Shown piece by piece: positions 1-13,710 of a DNA stretch of 64,000 nucleotides. Position 1 is the first letter of the stretch; each line of letters starts with the position of its first letter. Both the position numbers and the translations under genes were made by a program. The stretch covers positions 25,358,001 to 25,422,000 of the forward strand of contig OX597815.1 of assembly GCA_951406725.2 (NCBI GenBank). The letters run 5' to 3'. Below the pieces are notes generated by a model. The model had not been told where the DNA came from, did not search any database, and was given only the letters and a program-made list of their open reading frames with translations. This DNA comes from Octopus vulgaris (lineage: Eukaryota).

Positions 1-399
1 CAGAAATTTACTCTGGCTTTACAAATTCAAAAATTCTTCTTTTTCAATTTTGGTCTTTCTCATGACAAACATTTGATTATACCTGGTTTCAAAACCCACT
101 ATACAACTACAAATCAATTTTTATGCTTACTTTGAATTTTTACTAATTTCTTTCCTTTTTTTTTCTTCTTCTTTCTAATTAACTTAATTACAATGTTATC
201 TTCTAACCCTTTTGATACCAATCTGCCTGAGACTGTCTCTGGTTCTACGATATATACTTCCTTTAAAAGTGATCAAAAATAAAATCATCTATCAAAATTT
301 CTTGCTAGTTTATGTTCCAAACACCAGATTAATAACAACAGAATTATTTTACTAAATTCTTCATTATTTTTGAAGGTAAATGAAATAAAGGTGGTATAT

Positions 400-600
400 A
401 ATAATAATAATGAAATTATTGTATACAGTGCTCAGGTGCACCACAACTTGTCAGAAAGTGCATACACAGTATATGCAGTAATGTACAAATGTCTGGAAAG
501 CGAACAATGCATGAGTCAGATACATGCTTGTGTGTGTATGGAGGGGAGAAAATCAGGTGTAGTGTTGGCGAATCTCAGAAAGCATGGAAGTTTTATCTCA
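400..600 (-). mobile_element. CR1-type LINE 3' end inserted in a piggyBac-like MITE (about 205-627)
   Basis: Reverse complement reads KTSMLSEIRQHYT* plus the gtgcacctgagcactgta tail; flanked by taaccctttt.../aaaagggttaa ends. Confidence 0.75.
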
Positions 601-1032
601 ACTGAAATATGATAACAAAAGGGTTAAAAGGTGAGGGCAAGAAATATTTATTGCCTTTCTCAGGGTTGGCTTCTGTAGATCAAAATCTACAAGAGACTTG
701 CTCTCTTATGTTACTTACCAATTGTTACACAGGTTTAAGGACTCAGTGGAAGCAATATCACAGCACTTGCTATCCTGCCTAAATTGTTCACCTATGTTCT
801 TAACTGGAAGTTTTCTGTAAGATCACAGCATGTGATAATCAAACCCTCTTGCAATTCGGGTGTACTTGATAGTTTGGTAATGTCTCTCAGACTCTTCCTT
901 CTGTACATTAACAACCTATTTGCTGCTACTTCCAGTGTGTCCTTCCTTTTTGAAGGATGTAATTTGAAGGGTATTTAGCTGCTGTTTCTAACTGGGTTAA
1001 CAATCATATAAAGCCCCCACCATCCTTTAAAT

Positions 1033-1201
1033 CAGGGGTCTCCAAAGTGGTTGATGGGACTATTCAAGGGGTCTATAAATGCACATCTACTTAATTATTA
1101 TTATTATTATTTATTTATTTTCTTGTACATGCCTATGAGGTTGATGAGGGGTCAAGGATTCCATGAAGGGGTCAATGGTCTAAAAGGTTTTGGGACTCCT
1201 G
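1033..1201. mobile_element. hAT/Charlie-like MITE
   Basis: TIRs caggggtctccaaa / tttgggactcctg; 8-bp TSD ctttaaat/ctttagat. Confidence 0.8.
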
Positions 1202-2294
1202 CTTTAGATCTTTGCAACCCTGGTATCATCCATATTGAATCTAAATACTACATGGACTTTTATTTTCTTGCAATGAGTAAATGTTGGTTTGTAGTGTGTG
1301 TGTGTGTGTGTGCATGTGCATGTGTGTGTGTGCATGTGTGCATGAATGTGTGCGTGCATGCGTCAATGTCCATTTTCCATTTTTTATTGTTCTCTTCATA
1401 TGTTTCTTTAGCACCTGTAATTTACACAATTCTTGTCAATTGTTTTTTCTCATTGTGACGTGTTTATTGTTTATTATTACGGTCAATGGTTGTCATGATT
1501 AATTGTTTGTATCGACAGAGTTATTACTTTCAACCGGTGACAATGGAAACGAAATACTGCAGCTGCAAGCTGTTACCTTTATCTGAAGTCATTGAGTCAG
1601 TTCACGAGAGATATTCTCCAGGTAAATAACACGGCAGTTAAGTTGGAGATCAAGGTTACTTTTTTGGTATTAATATTGCTGTTGTCACTATTATTTTCAT
1701 ATCATCTGTTGTACATAACAAGTATTATTTGTTAGGTTAAAAGCATCATCAAGTGTTATCACCGGGGGTGGGGGGAGTCACAATAAACGTAGTAAAGTTT
1801 TTAAAAAAAAAGCAAAAAAAAGGAAAATAATTAAAAAACAAAACTTCTTTCTTTATCTCTGTCTACATGCTTATCACCTGTCTATTGTTATACATGCACA
1901 CACACACACACACACATACACACACACGCACACATATATACATATATATTGTTAATCCCAACACATTTTTTCTCTCTCCATTTCCCTGCTCCCGGTTCTC
2001 TCTCTTGAAGAGCATGGGCTTGAAACGTCAAAAACTTTTCCATTCTTCCTCAGCATTAAACTAACACACCTGCTTGTCGTTCTTCACCTGCTTTTCGTTC
2101 TTCACCTGCTTTTGTCTTGTTTTCTGTAAATTTGAACTACGGCATGGCTGTATGGTAAGAAGCTTGCTTCCCAACAACATGGTTCTGGGTTCAGTTCCAC
2201 TGTGTGACACTTTGGACAAGTGTCTTCTACTATAGCCTTGGGCCAACCAAAGCCTTGTAAGTGAATTTGGTAGATGGAAACTGAAAGAAGCCTG

Positions 2295-2328
<34 letters not shown>

Positions 2329-2368
2329 TTGTAAACTAACAACAGTATATAATTTGTAGAATAACAAA

Positions 2369-3044
2369 TTATTATTATTATTATTATTATCTTTTTTTTT
2401 CTTCTTCTTTCAAATTTGCTTCCATTTCTTGCCGAGTGTCTTCCCAACTCCTAGGGCAAAGAAACTCATAGTATACATTGGTAGGCCATTAAACTAAACT
2501 CACTAGTTCGTTAATTTTTTTTTTTTTTAAGTTAAATTAAAATACATGGGTAGTAATAGTTCTCACATCGACAATGCTCTTCTCAATATGTGTGATGTAC
2601 CAGTTAAGACAATCTTTTGCACTTCTTGCAGGGATGGTAAGCCAGGGATCATTCTCATATAATTTTCGGTTCCCTTCTTGATCATTCCTAGTGCTCCTAC
2701 GATCACTGGTATTGTAACCGCCTTGAGATGCCACATTTTCTCAATTTCAATGAGCAGGTCTTTATACTTTCTGAGCTTGTCAAACTCTTTCGCCGAGATA
2801 TTATGATCACAGGGGATGCTAATGTCGATCAATAAGCAAACTTTATTGTTTTGATCTTTCACAACAATATCTGGTTTATTGGCTTTGATGGTTCGATCTG
2901 TATGTACTGGAAAGTCCCACAGAATTGTTACATTTTCTCCTTCAGTTACAGCTTCAGGGTGGTGATTATATCACTTGTCGGCAGTTTTGATATTGTAATG
3001 CCGACTTATTAGCCAGTGTAGATATTGGCCAACTCTGTCATGTC

Positions 3045-3045
<1 letters not shown>
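2369..3045 (-). mobile_element. 5'-truncated Dong/R4-clade non-LTR retrotransposon (restriction-like endonuclease) flanked by (TAA)n
   Basis: [11 protein letters not shown]...ILWDFPVHTDRTIKANKPDIVV...LIDISIP...K..KY..L...PVIVGALG (ORF 2563..2862); TAA repeats on both sides. Confidence 0.9.
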
Positions 3046-3269
<224 letters not shown>

Positions 3270-3272
<3 letters not shown>

Positions 3273-4036
3273 GCTGGGCATAAGTCCATTAACCTGTTAA
3301 TCATTAATTAACGAAGTTAACATTTTCATTAACGATCTAACTTTTAAGTTAACTTTGAAAATCATTATCAGACTAATTAATTTCCATTACATTTAGCTTT
3401 AATTAACCCAAGTCTGTTAAGCTCAAAATTACATAAAAAACTGGTAACCATTTAAAAGTTTCTATTGTTTTCAGATTGTCATAACATATTTAATATTGTA
3501 CACATCATTCTTTCAACCCCCATATAATGCCACTTATTATAAACAACTTGCAGGACCTCATTTGGCCCTACCTGGATTTGAAACCAAATCCACCCACTTG
3601 ATGCTTGCAAAGACAGCAGGAAATTTCTTTGTCCTGTCAAGAGAGAACAATTCCATCCCCCATCCTACATTTCTTTTCTGGAAAAAAAGTGGCTTGTAGC
3701 AGGTTTAGAGGTCAGATATATTGAATACACTTGAAAAATCTGAGGAAAAAAATTATTCAATGCCGAAGTATGAAATATTTACTGAATGAATAAAATCTTG
3801 CATCAATTATACCTTTCTTTTCTTTTTTTCTTTTCTTTTACTTGTTTCAGTCATTTGACTGCGGCCATGCTGGAGCACCACCTTTAGTCGAGCAAATCGA
3901 CCCCAGGACTTATTCTTTGTAAGCCCAGTACTTATTCTATCGGTCTCTTTTTGTCGAACCGCTAAGTGACGGGGACAAAACACACCAGCATCGGTTGTCA
4001 AGCAATGCTAGGGGGACAAACACACACACACATATA

Positions 4037-4088
<52 letters not shown>

Positions 4089-5594
4089 TACGACAGGCTT
4101 CGTTCAGTTTCCGTCTACCAAATCCACTCACAAGGCATTGGTCGGCCCGGGGCTATAGCAGAAGACACTTGCCCAAGTTGCCACGCAGAGGGACTGAACC
4201 CGGAACCATGTGGTTAGTTAGCAAGCTACTTACCACACAGCCACTCCTTAATTCAAATTAATGTACCTCATCTTGAAAAGTGGCAAAATTTTCGTCAGGT
4301 ACCATCCGGGATAATTTTAGTAACAAATCAAATAGGTAAGATGTATTAAGAATTTCAATTTTAGTGTTTATCCTAGATTTTATTGCTTTTACACCTGTTA
4401 ATTATGTTTACCTGCCAATAAAAGTCAAATTTACTCAGCAAGATCATATATTTTACATAACTAGTGACAAAATTACGTAACTAGATAAAATTACATAACT
4501 AGTAGCAAAATTTCAAATTAGTATGTAAAAAATTGACAAAGTTACAAGCGAATATTGTGGACACTCCTTTTGAACCTGAATAATTCAAAATAAGGTGAAC
4601 AAATAAGCATTAAATTTGACAGATTAATATGAACACTAAAGATGTTTTTAGGTATCTTTTTTCTTACTCACACACATAACACAGCCTTGCTCAGTTGGGA
4701 CTACACACGTGTTACTTTGACATCATCAATCCATAAAATTTGTTTATGGGGAAAAAATATTGAAAAGCATTGATAAATGTGTGAGGAAGGAGGTTTTGAG
4801 ATGTACTAGAAACAACAGCCAGATTTCTCTTAAATCACATATTTTCCTCTGAAACTATTAACGATTTTTTAAAAACCAAAAATGTTTCTCTCATGGGTTT
4901 TAAGCGTATAGTGACAAAAAAAAAAATGGCCAAAATCGTTTCGGACTGGGGTGGTTAGGGGGTGGTGGGAGTAAAAAAAATTCAAAACTTTTCTTCTTTT
5001 TTCATGAAAAGATGCCTCTCATTATTCTGAAGACTTTGGTGAAAAACATTGTTAAAAAATCTCTGTCAAAATGAAGAAATTCTAACTTATGTGGACTGTC
5101 TGATCCGAAACTCTGTTTTCCAGAAGCTCCTCCGACCCTGCTCCCAAAAATTTTGCCTACAAATTTCTTTGTAATCGTTATCTACCTGTTTGAAAGATAT
5201 TTGTATTAAATTTCATTAAAAAATATCTATTTTCCAGAAAATTATGAAGGAGAAAATGTCGATTCCTTTGAATTTTCTGAAACTCTTCTCTCCAACCACC
5301 CCCAAAATTTTTCAACAAACCTTTACATACACTCAATCTATAGGATATACGCAATTATTTGGTGAAAGTTTCATTAAAAAGTATCCATTTTTCTGGAAGC
5401 TATGAGGCAACAAAGTCAGTGGGGTATTAAACTATAGTTATGCATTTTTGCAATAAAAGTTAATGTTAACAGATTAATGTTAACTTCTGTTACATTTTCA
5501 AAGAATTAACGGATTAACGATTAACAAAGTTGTCTTTTTGATTAACAGATTAATGATTATCAATGTTAACTTTTGATTAACAGTGCCCACCTCT
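3270..5594. mobile_element. hAT-like DNA element with TTAAC-rich subterminal repeats, carrying nested insertions
   Basis: Ends agagctgggca / tgcccacctct; clusters of ttaac/gttaa at 3285-3420 and 5455-5580. Confidence 0.65.
3833..4248 (-). mobile_element. tRNA-derived SINE family A
   Basis: On its sense strand: A box tggctgtgtgg, B box ggttcagtcc, internal (TA)n, tail ccagcatggccgcagtcaaatgactgaaacaagtaaaaga. Confidence 0.9.
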
Positions 5595-5617
5595 CTCTCT
5601 ATATATATTTAATGGAA

Positions 5618-5835
5618 GAGGCTGGTTTATGGGGTTACCTTGGGTTTCTCGTTCATAAGGGGTTTAGCCTTACAGCACATCTTCAGACTCCTAACAATAC
5701 TAGCCTAAGACCTCTTCAAAACATGGAGGAGGAAAATTCTTCACTATAAAGGTAAACACTGGGTGATTATCTCCCAGCAGTGTTTGGGGTCTGAAGATGC
5801 ACTAGAAACCCAGACTAACCCCATAAACCAGCCTC
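5618..5835. repeat. Palindromic element with degenerate hammerhead cores
   Basis: gaggctggtttatggggtta / taaccccataaaccagcctc ends; CTGAAGA...GAAAC outward in both arms. Confidence 0.7.
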
Positions 5836-7029
5836 CCCAACTGTTCTACATCTTAGTGTGTGCTTGTCTTCCAGAGTTTTGTATTTCTACAAACTATATA
5901 TATATACATACATACATGTATTTATATATATATGCCTAATTGGCACCCATGCCAGTGGCACATTAAAAGCACCATTCAAACGTGATCGTTGCCAGTGCCA
6001 CCTGACTGACTCCCATACTGGTGGCATGTAAAAAGCACCATTCGAGTGTGGTCAGTGCCAGTGCCAGCTAACTGGTCCCATGCCGGTGGCATGTAAAAAG
6101 TACCATTTGAGAATGGTAATTGCGTAAAAAGCACCCACTACACTCTTGGAGTGATTGGCATTAGGAAGGGCATCTAGTTGTAGAAACTTTGCCAGATTGG
6201 AGCCTGGTACAGCTTTCTGGCCTGTGGCCTGCCAGCCTTCAGTCAAACTGTCCAACCCATACTGGCATGGAAAGTGGATCTATGTATATATTTGTGTGGT
6301 GTGTCTGTCTTTTTCTCCCCCACCATCACTTTACAACTAATGCCTGTGTGTTTAAGTCTCTGTAACTTAGCAGTTCAGCAAAAGAAACTGATAGAATAAG
6401 TACTAGGCTTACAAAAGATAAGTCCTGGGGTTGATTTTTTCCATTAAAACCCTTTAAGGTAGTGCTCCAGCATGGGTGCAGGCAAATAACTAAAACAAGT
6501 AAAAGAATAAAAGTAAAGAATATATAGGGCATGGATACAAATAACATAGTAAGTGAACCTATATACACACACAAATGCACATAGAGTAACTTCACATACA
6601 GCTACATCAACAACAACATGACCAACAATGGCAACAACAACAACAACTACTACCATGATGGCAGCAGCTTGGGCGAACACACAAACACAGAGGGATACAT
6701 GAACAATACCAAGAGTCGGAGTCAAGGGCAGCAACAGGGTAGGGGACGGGAGTAAGGGAAGGGTAATAGTGCTGCTAAGAACCACACACACATGCAAACA
6801 CACATAAGTACAGATGCAAACGCATGTGCATATAAGGATTCATATCCTAGAAGAACAAAGTGGATTACGAGGAGCAAGAGTACACACAAGGACAAAAAGT
6901 GTTGCTGAAGAGGTCACAGATGTGTGATAAAAGATTTCCAGAAAATGGAACAGTAATAAATGAGTGAAGAACAAATATATAGTGCATATGTTTATTTGTC
7001 AAAAAAAACAAAAAAAAAATGGCTATCCA

Positions 7030-7191
7030 GGCGCATGAGTGGCTGTGTGGTAAGTAGCTTGCTAACCAACCACATGGTTCGGGGTTCAGTCCTACTACGT
7101 GGCATCTTGAGCAAGTGTCTTCTGCTATAGCCCCGGGCTGACCAATGCCTTGTGAGTGGATTTGGTAGACGGAAACTGAAAGAAGCCTGTC

Positions 7192-7245
<54 letters not shown>

Positions 7246-7467
7246 GTGTTTGTGTGTCTGTGTTTGTCCCCCTAACATTGATTGACAACCGATGCTGGTG
7301 TGTTTATGTCCCCCATTACTTAGCGGTTCGGCAAAAGAGACCGATAGAATAAGTACTGGGCTTACAAAAGAATAAGTCCCGGGGTCGAGTTGCTCGATTA
7401 AAGGCGGTGCTCCAGCATGGCCACAGTCAAATGACTGAAACAAGTAAAAGAGTAAAGAGTAAAGAGT
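7030..7467 (+). mobile_element. tRNA-derived SINE family A
   Basis: Full copy with head, (TA)n and tail. Confidence 0.9.
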
Positions 7468-8067
7468 ATCCCAAAATACGACAATATCAGTTTCAACACA
7501 GCTTCACATCAAGGAATCTTGCAACACAAATTCAAAAAGGTTGGAACAGAAACCATAATTAAGATTTCACTCCAACATTTTTTCTTTGTTTAATGTATAT
7601 CACATCAGAATTTATGAGGTCAGCTGTCATTTGTCTATCTCATTTCCTTAGTTTAAGTAGTTCTGTAGGTCACCTGGAGCTGAAAACTAGATAAGGAATA
7701 GTAATTCCTTTGTCCTGGACAAGACAGCTCTGGAGAATATAAAATAGAACCTTTTTCTTAGCTCCTAGTTCAGTAGTTCCAGATAGCTCGGGAGTAACAG
7801 TCAGATTTTCTTCTTTCACTTCACTTCCACACAACTGCCAACCACGGAGTAAAGATCCACATTCAACTATGTTCAATTACTATTGTCTTATTTATTACTT
7901 GCTGGGTGAATAAACATATAAGTAATATTCTTCGTTCTTCAGTTCTTCTTCACTTGATGTCTCTGTTGTGACAACCTCACATCAATAAATGTCAAATATA
8001 CTAGGTGTAAATATAGGGACGGGGGCAGAATGGCCCAAGTGGGGCAAAATGAGTAATTTCTGATTAC

Positions 8068-8271
8068 TCTTTTTACTTGTTTCAGTCATTTGACTGCGGC
8101 CATGCTGGAGCACCGCCTTTAATCAAGCAACTCGACCCCAGGACTTATTCTTTATAAACCCAGTACTTATTCTATCGCTCTCTTTTTTGCCGAATTGCTA
8201 AGTGACGCGGACATAAAAACACCAGCATCGGTTGTCAAGCAATGCTAGGGGGAAAACAGACACACAAACAT

Positions 8272-8314
<43 letters not shown>

Positions 8315-8478
8315 TCCGACAGGCTTCTTTCAGTTTCCATCTACCAAATCCACTCACAAGGCATTGGTCGGCCCGAGGCTATAGCAGAAGACACTTGCCC
8401 AAGATGCCACGCAGTGGGACTGAACCCGGAACCATGTGGTTGGTTAGCAAGCTACTTACCACACAGCCACTCCTGCAC
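8068..8478 (-). mobile_element. tRNA-derived SINE family A
   Basis: Full copy; short TSD-like ctgatt on both sides. Confidence 0.9.
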
Positions 8479-8665
8479 CTGATTCTTTATTATTTTCTTT
8501 TTTTTTTTGTTTGAAATCAATACATTGCAAGTAATGCATCATCATTTTGTACTGTTGCGTTGTCTTCAGAAGTAAAAGTTGGACTGTATAGTTGTAGTCA
8601 AAAGGGCTTGAAACACAGTCAGGGCCAAGTACTTCCTTTTCAGTAAATTTTTCCTCAACTTTGAC

Positions 8666-9085
8666 CAGGGCCAGATTAAGACCCACAGAGGCCCTAAACA
8701 CTTAAAAGATTTTGGTGCCCCACATATATATACAATTCCAAATATAAACAATAATAAACCATTAAATAAATTCTATTTTCCAGAATAAAACAAAACTAAC
8801 AGAAAGATGGAAAATAATGTTTATTTTTGTATACTTCCACTTTATTTATATTTGAAAAGTTTTCTCTCCCTTTTTTTAATTGCAAAGTCATTGATCAGAT
8901 TCTCACTATGGCATCATGAACATTTGGAATTATACTTCTGATTATATAAACCACTTTGAATATTATTGTAACAATTTTGAAGTGATTTCTTTTGAACCAT
9001 AACCCATTTACCATTTCTGTGATGCCCCCACTCCCTTGATGTCCTAAGTGCATGCTTATTTTGCTTAATGGCTAATTCAGCACTG
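8666..9085. mobile_element. hAT MITE
   Basis: cagggccagatta / taattcagcactg; TSD actttgac/acttggac; related in inverted orientation to 15048-15761. Confidence 0.75.
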
Positions 9086-9146
9086 ACTTGGACCCTATTG
9101 TAATTAAGCTAGTTAATAAAATATTTCGATAATTTTTGGTGTTTAA

Positions 9147-9356
9147 CCCTTTAGTGTTTAAACCAGCCATAATATTCTACCTATTTTATGTTCAAACTAG
9201 TCAGATATGGTCATTCATAGCTACCTTATTGTGTCATTTTAAAAATAAACAATCATATCATTGAAATCTCAAAGCCATGAAATAATGCAAGATTAATTTT
9301 ACATGATGTGAACACATAAGCTTTACATTTTACAGAATAATTTGAATGCTAAAGGG
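9147..9356. mobile_element. piggyBac-like MITE
   Basis: TTAA|CCCTTTAG...CTAAAGGG|TTAA. Confidence 0.75.
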
Positions 9357-9559
9357 TTAACAATCAGTATTCTTTTCTCTGTTGGATTCCAAGTCAATCA
9401 AGACTGTGAACATTGAGTATACTATGCATATTTACCTATACCTGCTTTCAATGACATGTGCAAGGACATGCTACACCCAGTCATGTGCTAGAAAAAGTAC
9501 TCTTCTTTTTCACTGGTGTCAACCACAATACCTTGCATGCCCTCACACTCTGTTGAAGT

Positions 9560-12500
9560 CCACAAACTTAGATCAATGTTAGCACTATGGGAGGTAGGTT
9601 TGGTGAGATTGTTAAAATGCTTGAGTGAAGAAATGTCGCTGTCTGCTGCATGCAAGAAGTATGATGGTGATGGACCTCAGCTAGACTACTTGCGGGCCTA
9701 AAGCATAGATAAAAATTCTTCTAGATAGGGAAAAGTGTAGGTATAAGCAGGTCGGTATACTCATGGCAGAGAAGTGAGTAGATAAGGTGATGGATGTAGT
9801 CAGGGTATGTGATAGGATTATCAAGTTAAGAATAGTCCTGTATAATGTAACAGTGACATTTATCTCTGCATATACTCCACATGCTGGATTAACTGATGAA
9901 CACAAGGGCTGTTTGTATGGGCCTCTTCTGTAGATTACCTCAACAACAAAGGAAAATGGTTTTATCATAGCTGGTGATTTCAATGGTCATTTTGGGCAAC
10001 ACACCAATGGATTTTATGGTGTGCATGGAGGTTTTTGCTTTGACACTAGAAATGAGGAGAGGACAAGGCTCCTCGAGTTCTGTGATGTAAATGATTTGCT
10101 GGTCTGCAGCACTAACTTCAAGAAACCAGTCAAACATCTTATCACTTATCAGTCTGGTGGGCACACAAGCAAAATTGACTACATCCTCACCAGAAATAGA
10201 TATAGACAGACACTTATAAATGCAAAGTCCTTTCCCAGTCAGGAATGTACAACTCAATATAGGTTAGTGGTGAGTGACTTCAGACTTGGGGCTAGATGGA
10301 CACAGAGATGCAAACCAGTCTGGAAAAGGAAGTTATGAAAGCTCAAAGATCCACCAAACAGTCAGAGATATAGAGACATTCTGATTAAAGCATTTGATGG
10401 GAAAGAAGAGAAGGTTGTGATGTATAACATTGAAGACAACTGGTAGTTCCTATGAGACAACCTTCTAAAGACTGCAGACCAAATTTGTAGTTGGTGGCAA
10501 AGTCTTTGCCAGATAGAGAGTGACCTGCCTCTTTGCTTTTATGGCTCCATCTACCTGAGGTAGATAGGGTCATAAAAACAAAGAGACAGGCTTGGGAAGA
10601 CTGGAGAAAAGGAGGCAGCAGAAAGCTATATCAGGTAGCCAAGAGGGAAGCTAGGTGACAGGTTTATCTTACATGTCTTACAGCATGAAAATTAGAGCTG
10701 TGAGGTGTTCAGGATTACTACACAGTGTGTCAGAGAGAAGCAAGACATTGTGGGAGAGAAGTGTGTATGTATCGATAATGGTATACTTGCACTTAGTGAC
10801 TCAGAAAAGAAAGAAGCATGGAAAGACTACAATGAAAAGCTAAATGTGGAGAATGAATGGATGAAAGGGAGCCTACTCTATGTAAACTCAACAGAGGGAC
10901 CAGTTATTTGAGTTGATGGCAGTAAGATGCATAAAGCAATTAAGGATGTAAAGATAGAGAAAGCCCTAACCCATCAAGAGTCACCACTGAGATGCTTAAA
11001 CTATTTAGCAGAATAGGATACAGTCTAGTCACTTGAGTAATTAATCAGGTTATTCAGAATGGTGTCATCCCTAACGAGTGGTCAGCAGCATTTTAGTCAG
11101 CTGCTGCAAGGGTTAAGGAGATGCTTCAGATAGAAGTGATTACAGAGGTATCAAGTTGCTGGATCAGGTCTTGAAAGTGATGGAAAGAGTTATAGCCCAA
11201 TTAATTAGGAGCAGAATCAGATTAGATAAAATACAAATTGACTTTGTGCAGGGGAGAAGCACTATTGATGCTATCTTTATAGTCAAACAGCATGAGGAGA
11301 AGTATTTGGCTAAAAATAAAACATTGTATTTGGTGTTTGTTGACTTGGACAGAGTACCCTGCTGTGAGATATGGTAGGCTCTGAGGAAGCTAGGGGTAGA
11401 TGAGTGGCTTGTGAAAGCCATGTACAGAGGTTCTGTCTGTAAGGTTAACCATGAGTATAATTATGAATTTAGCGCAGAGGTAGGCATTCATCAGGGTTTG
11501 GTTCTCAGTCTCCTCCTATTCATCATCATCCTCCAGGTCATAACAGAGGAATTCAAAACTGGCTGCCCATGACAACTGTTATATGCTGATGATCTTGCTT
11601 TTATAGCAGATTCTGTAACAGAACTAAAAATGAAATTCCAGGTGTAGAAGTAAAACCTGGAATCAAAGGGCCTTAAGATTAACTTGGCAAAGACAAAGGT
11701 TCTATTAAGCAAGAAAATGGACAGGACCCTTCTCCTATCAGGTAAATGACCCTGCTTGCTATATAGAAAAGGTGTAGGCAGAAATTCCATGTTGAATACC
11801 CAGTGCAAGCTATGGACACATAAGAGGTGCTGTGGAATAATAAGAAAGCTTATCAGGTAGTGTTTGTATGTGGAAGATGCACAGGAGCCATAAAAACTAC
11901 AGATACTCGGGAAATCAATTTTCTCAAATGCCCCAGAGGCTCTTTAGAGGTGGTGGATAATTTCAGCTACTTAGGGGACCTAATTAGTGGTGAGGGAGGA
12001 TGCTTAGAAAGTGTAATTGCTAAAAGAATAGGGTGGAGAAAATTCAGAGAGTGTCACCTCTGTTGGCAGTCTGAGTGAAAGGAAGATTATGATGCGTATA
12101 TATGAACAACAATGCTACATGGTAGTGAGATGGGGGCCCTGAATGCAGAAGACATATGAAGGCTAGAGAGGAATGAAGCTAACATGCTCTGCTGAATGAG
12201 CAATGTCAGTGTACATGTGCAACAGAGTGCTAGGGTACTGAGAGAAAAGTTGGGTATAAGAGGAATTAGATGCAGTGTGCAAGAGGGAAGACTGTGCTGA
12301 TATGGTCATGTGATGCGTATGGATGTAGACGGTTTCATACAGAAGTGCCAATCACTTGTGGATGGAACTTGTGGAAAAGGGAGATCTAGGAAGACATGGG
12401 ACAAAGTATTGTACCTTATGTAGGAGAGAATTAAAGACCAAGATATCTGGTGCATTGCTGCACTCAAGAAGACCTGTCTGCCACAGCAGAATTGATACTG

Positions 12501-12722
12501 GTGCTGGTGCCACATAAAAAGCACTGGTGGTTGTATTATGTTAAAAGCACTAATGTTGATATCACATAGAGAGCACCCAGTATACTCTGTAGAGTGGGTG
12601 GCATTAGGAAGGGCATCCAGTCAGAGAAACCATACCAGAACAATGGAGCCCGGTGTGGCCCCTGGCCTTACCAGCTTCGGTTAAACCGCCAAACCCATGA
12701 CGGCATGGAAAACGGACGTTAA

Positions 12723-12757
<35 letters not shown>
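9560..12757 (+). mobile_element. Degenerate near-full-length RTE LINE
   Basis: Fragments VCCMQE, RLLEFCD...TYQSGGHTSKIDYILTR, LDQVLKVMERVI, LYADDL, CGRC, FSYLGD with many stops; 3' UTR ends ggaaaacggacgttaaa(tga)n. Confidence 0.93.
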
Positions 12758-12758
<1 letters not shown>

Positions 12759-13340
12759 AATGTCTAATTTGATAATTTTCAATTTTCATAGATGATTCTA
12801 AAGCGGGGCAAAATGAGTAATGACTAAGAAAAGAAACTATTGAATTTTTTTTCTTCTTTTTAACTACAAAGTGAGCCACTCTAGCAGGTCATGAAGCTAT
12901 CGATAATACTTTGAGTTTTTAGATTTTGTCGAGTTTCGTTAATATCATATCATGTGTTACTTTATCATGAATCTCTTTCATTTGACCAAAACATTTCATT
13001 TTTTATTTTATTTTTGTTGCATACCTTATCTTTCTGATGTCTAAAGATGGATATCGATGTGTACGAATCTTTATTTCAAATGCAATTCTGGAGAACTGAA
13101 GAAACAAACTTATCTTATCGTGTCTTACTCATTCTGCCCCACCTTTTATATGCTCAAAGTGAAAATGGAGATAATTTTCTGAAATATTTGTTCCGAATGT
13201 GTTATAGTTTTTTTTTTCAATGCATTAAGAGAAGGTTGCTGAGCTGATACAGATTTTGTAAGGTAGTGAACGTTTGGAAAAAAACTTCCTTTTTTTTCTC
13301 TTAATCAACGAAAATGCGATAAACATTACTCATTGTACTT

Positions 13341-13560
13341 CCACCACCACCACCGCCACCAAAAACCACCACCACCACCACCACCATAACCACCACCACC
13401 ACTACCACCACCAAAAACCACCACTACCACCACCACCACCACCACCACCATCACCACCACCACTACCACTAACACCACCACCACCACCACCATCACCAAA
13501 AACCACCACCACCACCACCACCACTACCACCACCACCACCGCCACCGCCGCCGCCACCGC
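13341..13560. repeat. (CCA)n/(CCG)n microsatellite directly upstream of the promoter
   Basis: Direct reading; it explains ORF 13274..13624 (poly-H/P/T). Confidence 0.95.
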
Positions 13561-13561
13561 C

Positions 13562-13710
13562 TATATATATTATATGCAGTCAGTCGTCGATCAATCATCA
13601 GTCGTAGTAACACTGCCGGTTTGACAAGAGTGAGCGGCAAGAGGTTGTTGACTAAAATCAGTGATTTTGTTTTCCTTTTTTCCTTCCTTTATTTTTTCTC
13701 AGTGTCGACA
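13562..13710 (+). promoter_or_regulatory. Putative core promoter and 5' UTR of hexosaminidase, with a possible 73-nt 5' UTR intron (13630-13702)
   Basis: TATA-like tatatatattata at 13562, TCAGTC initiator-like motifs at 13580 and 13598, GTGAGC donor at 13630, polypyrimidine tract + AG at 13701-13702 eight nt before the ATG; locally CpG-enriched. Confidence 0.5.

Noticed and set aside
1995-2040. Active hammerhead at ttgaagagcatgggcttgaaacgtc
   Set aside because: The CUGANGA core is broken; at most a decayed Penelope-type tail.
3995-4261. Recurrent ORF peptide [29 protein letters not shown] (many copies)
   Set aside because: Antisense translation of SINE family A, not a gene family.
7670-7876. 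Minus-strand ORF as an exon of a divergent neighbouring gene
   Set aside because: No recognisable motifs, no convincing acceptor and no partner exons found.
13274-13624. His/Pro/Thr-rich ORF
   Set aside because: Translation of the (CCA)n microsatellite.
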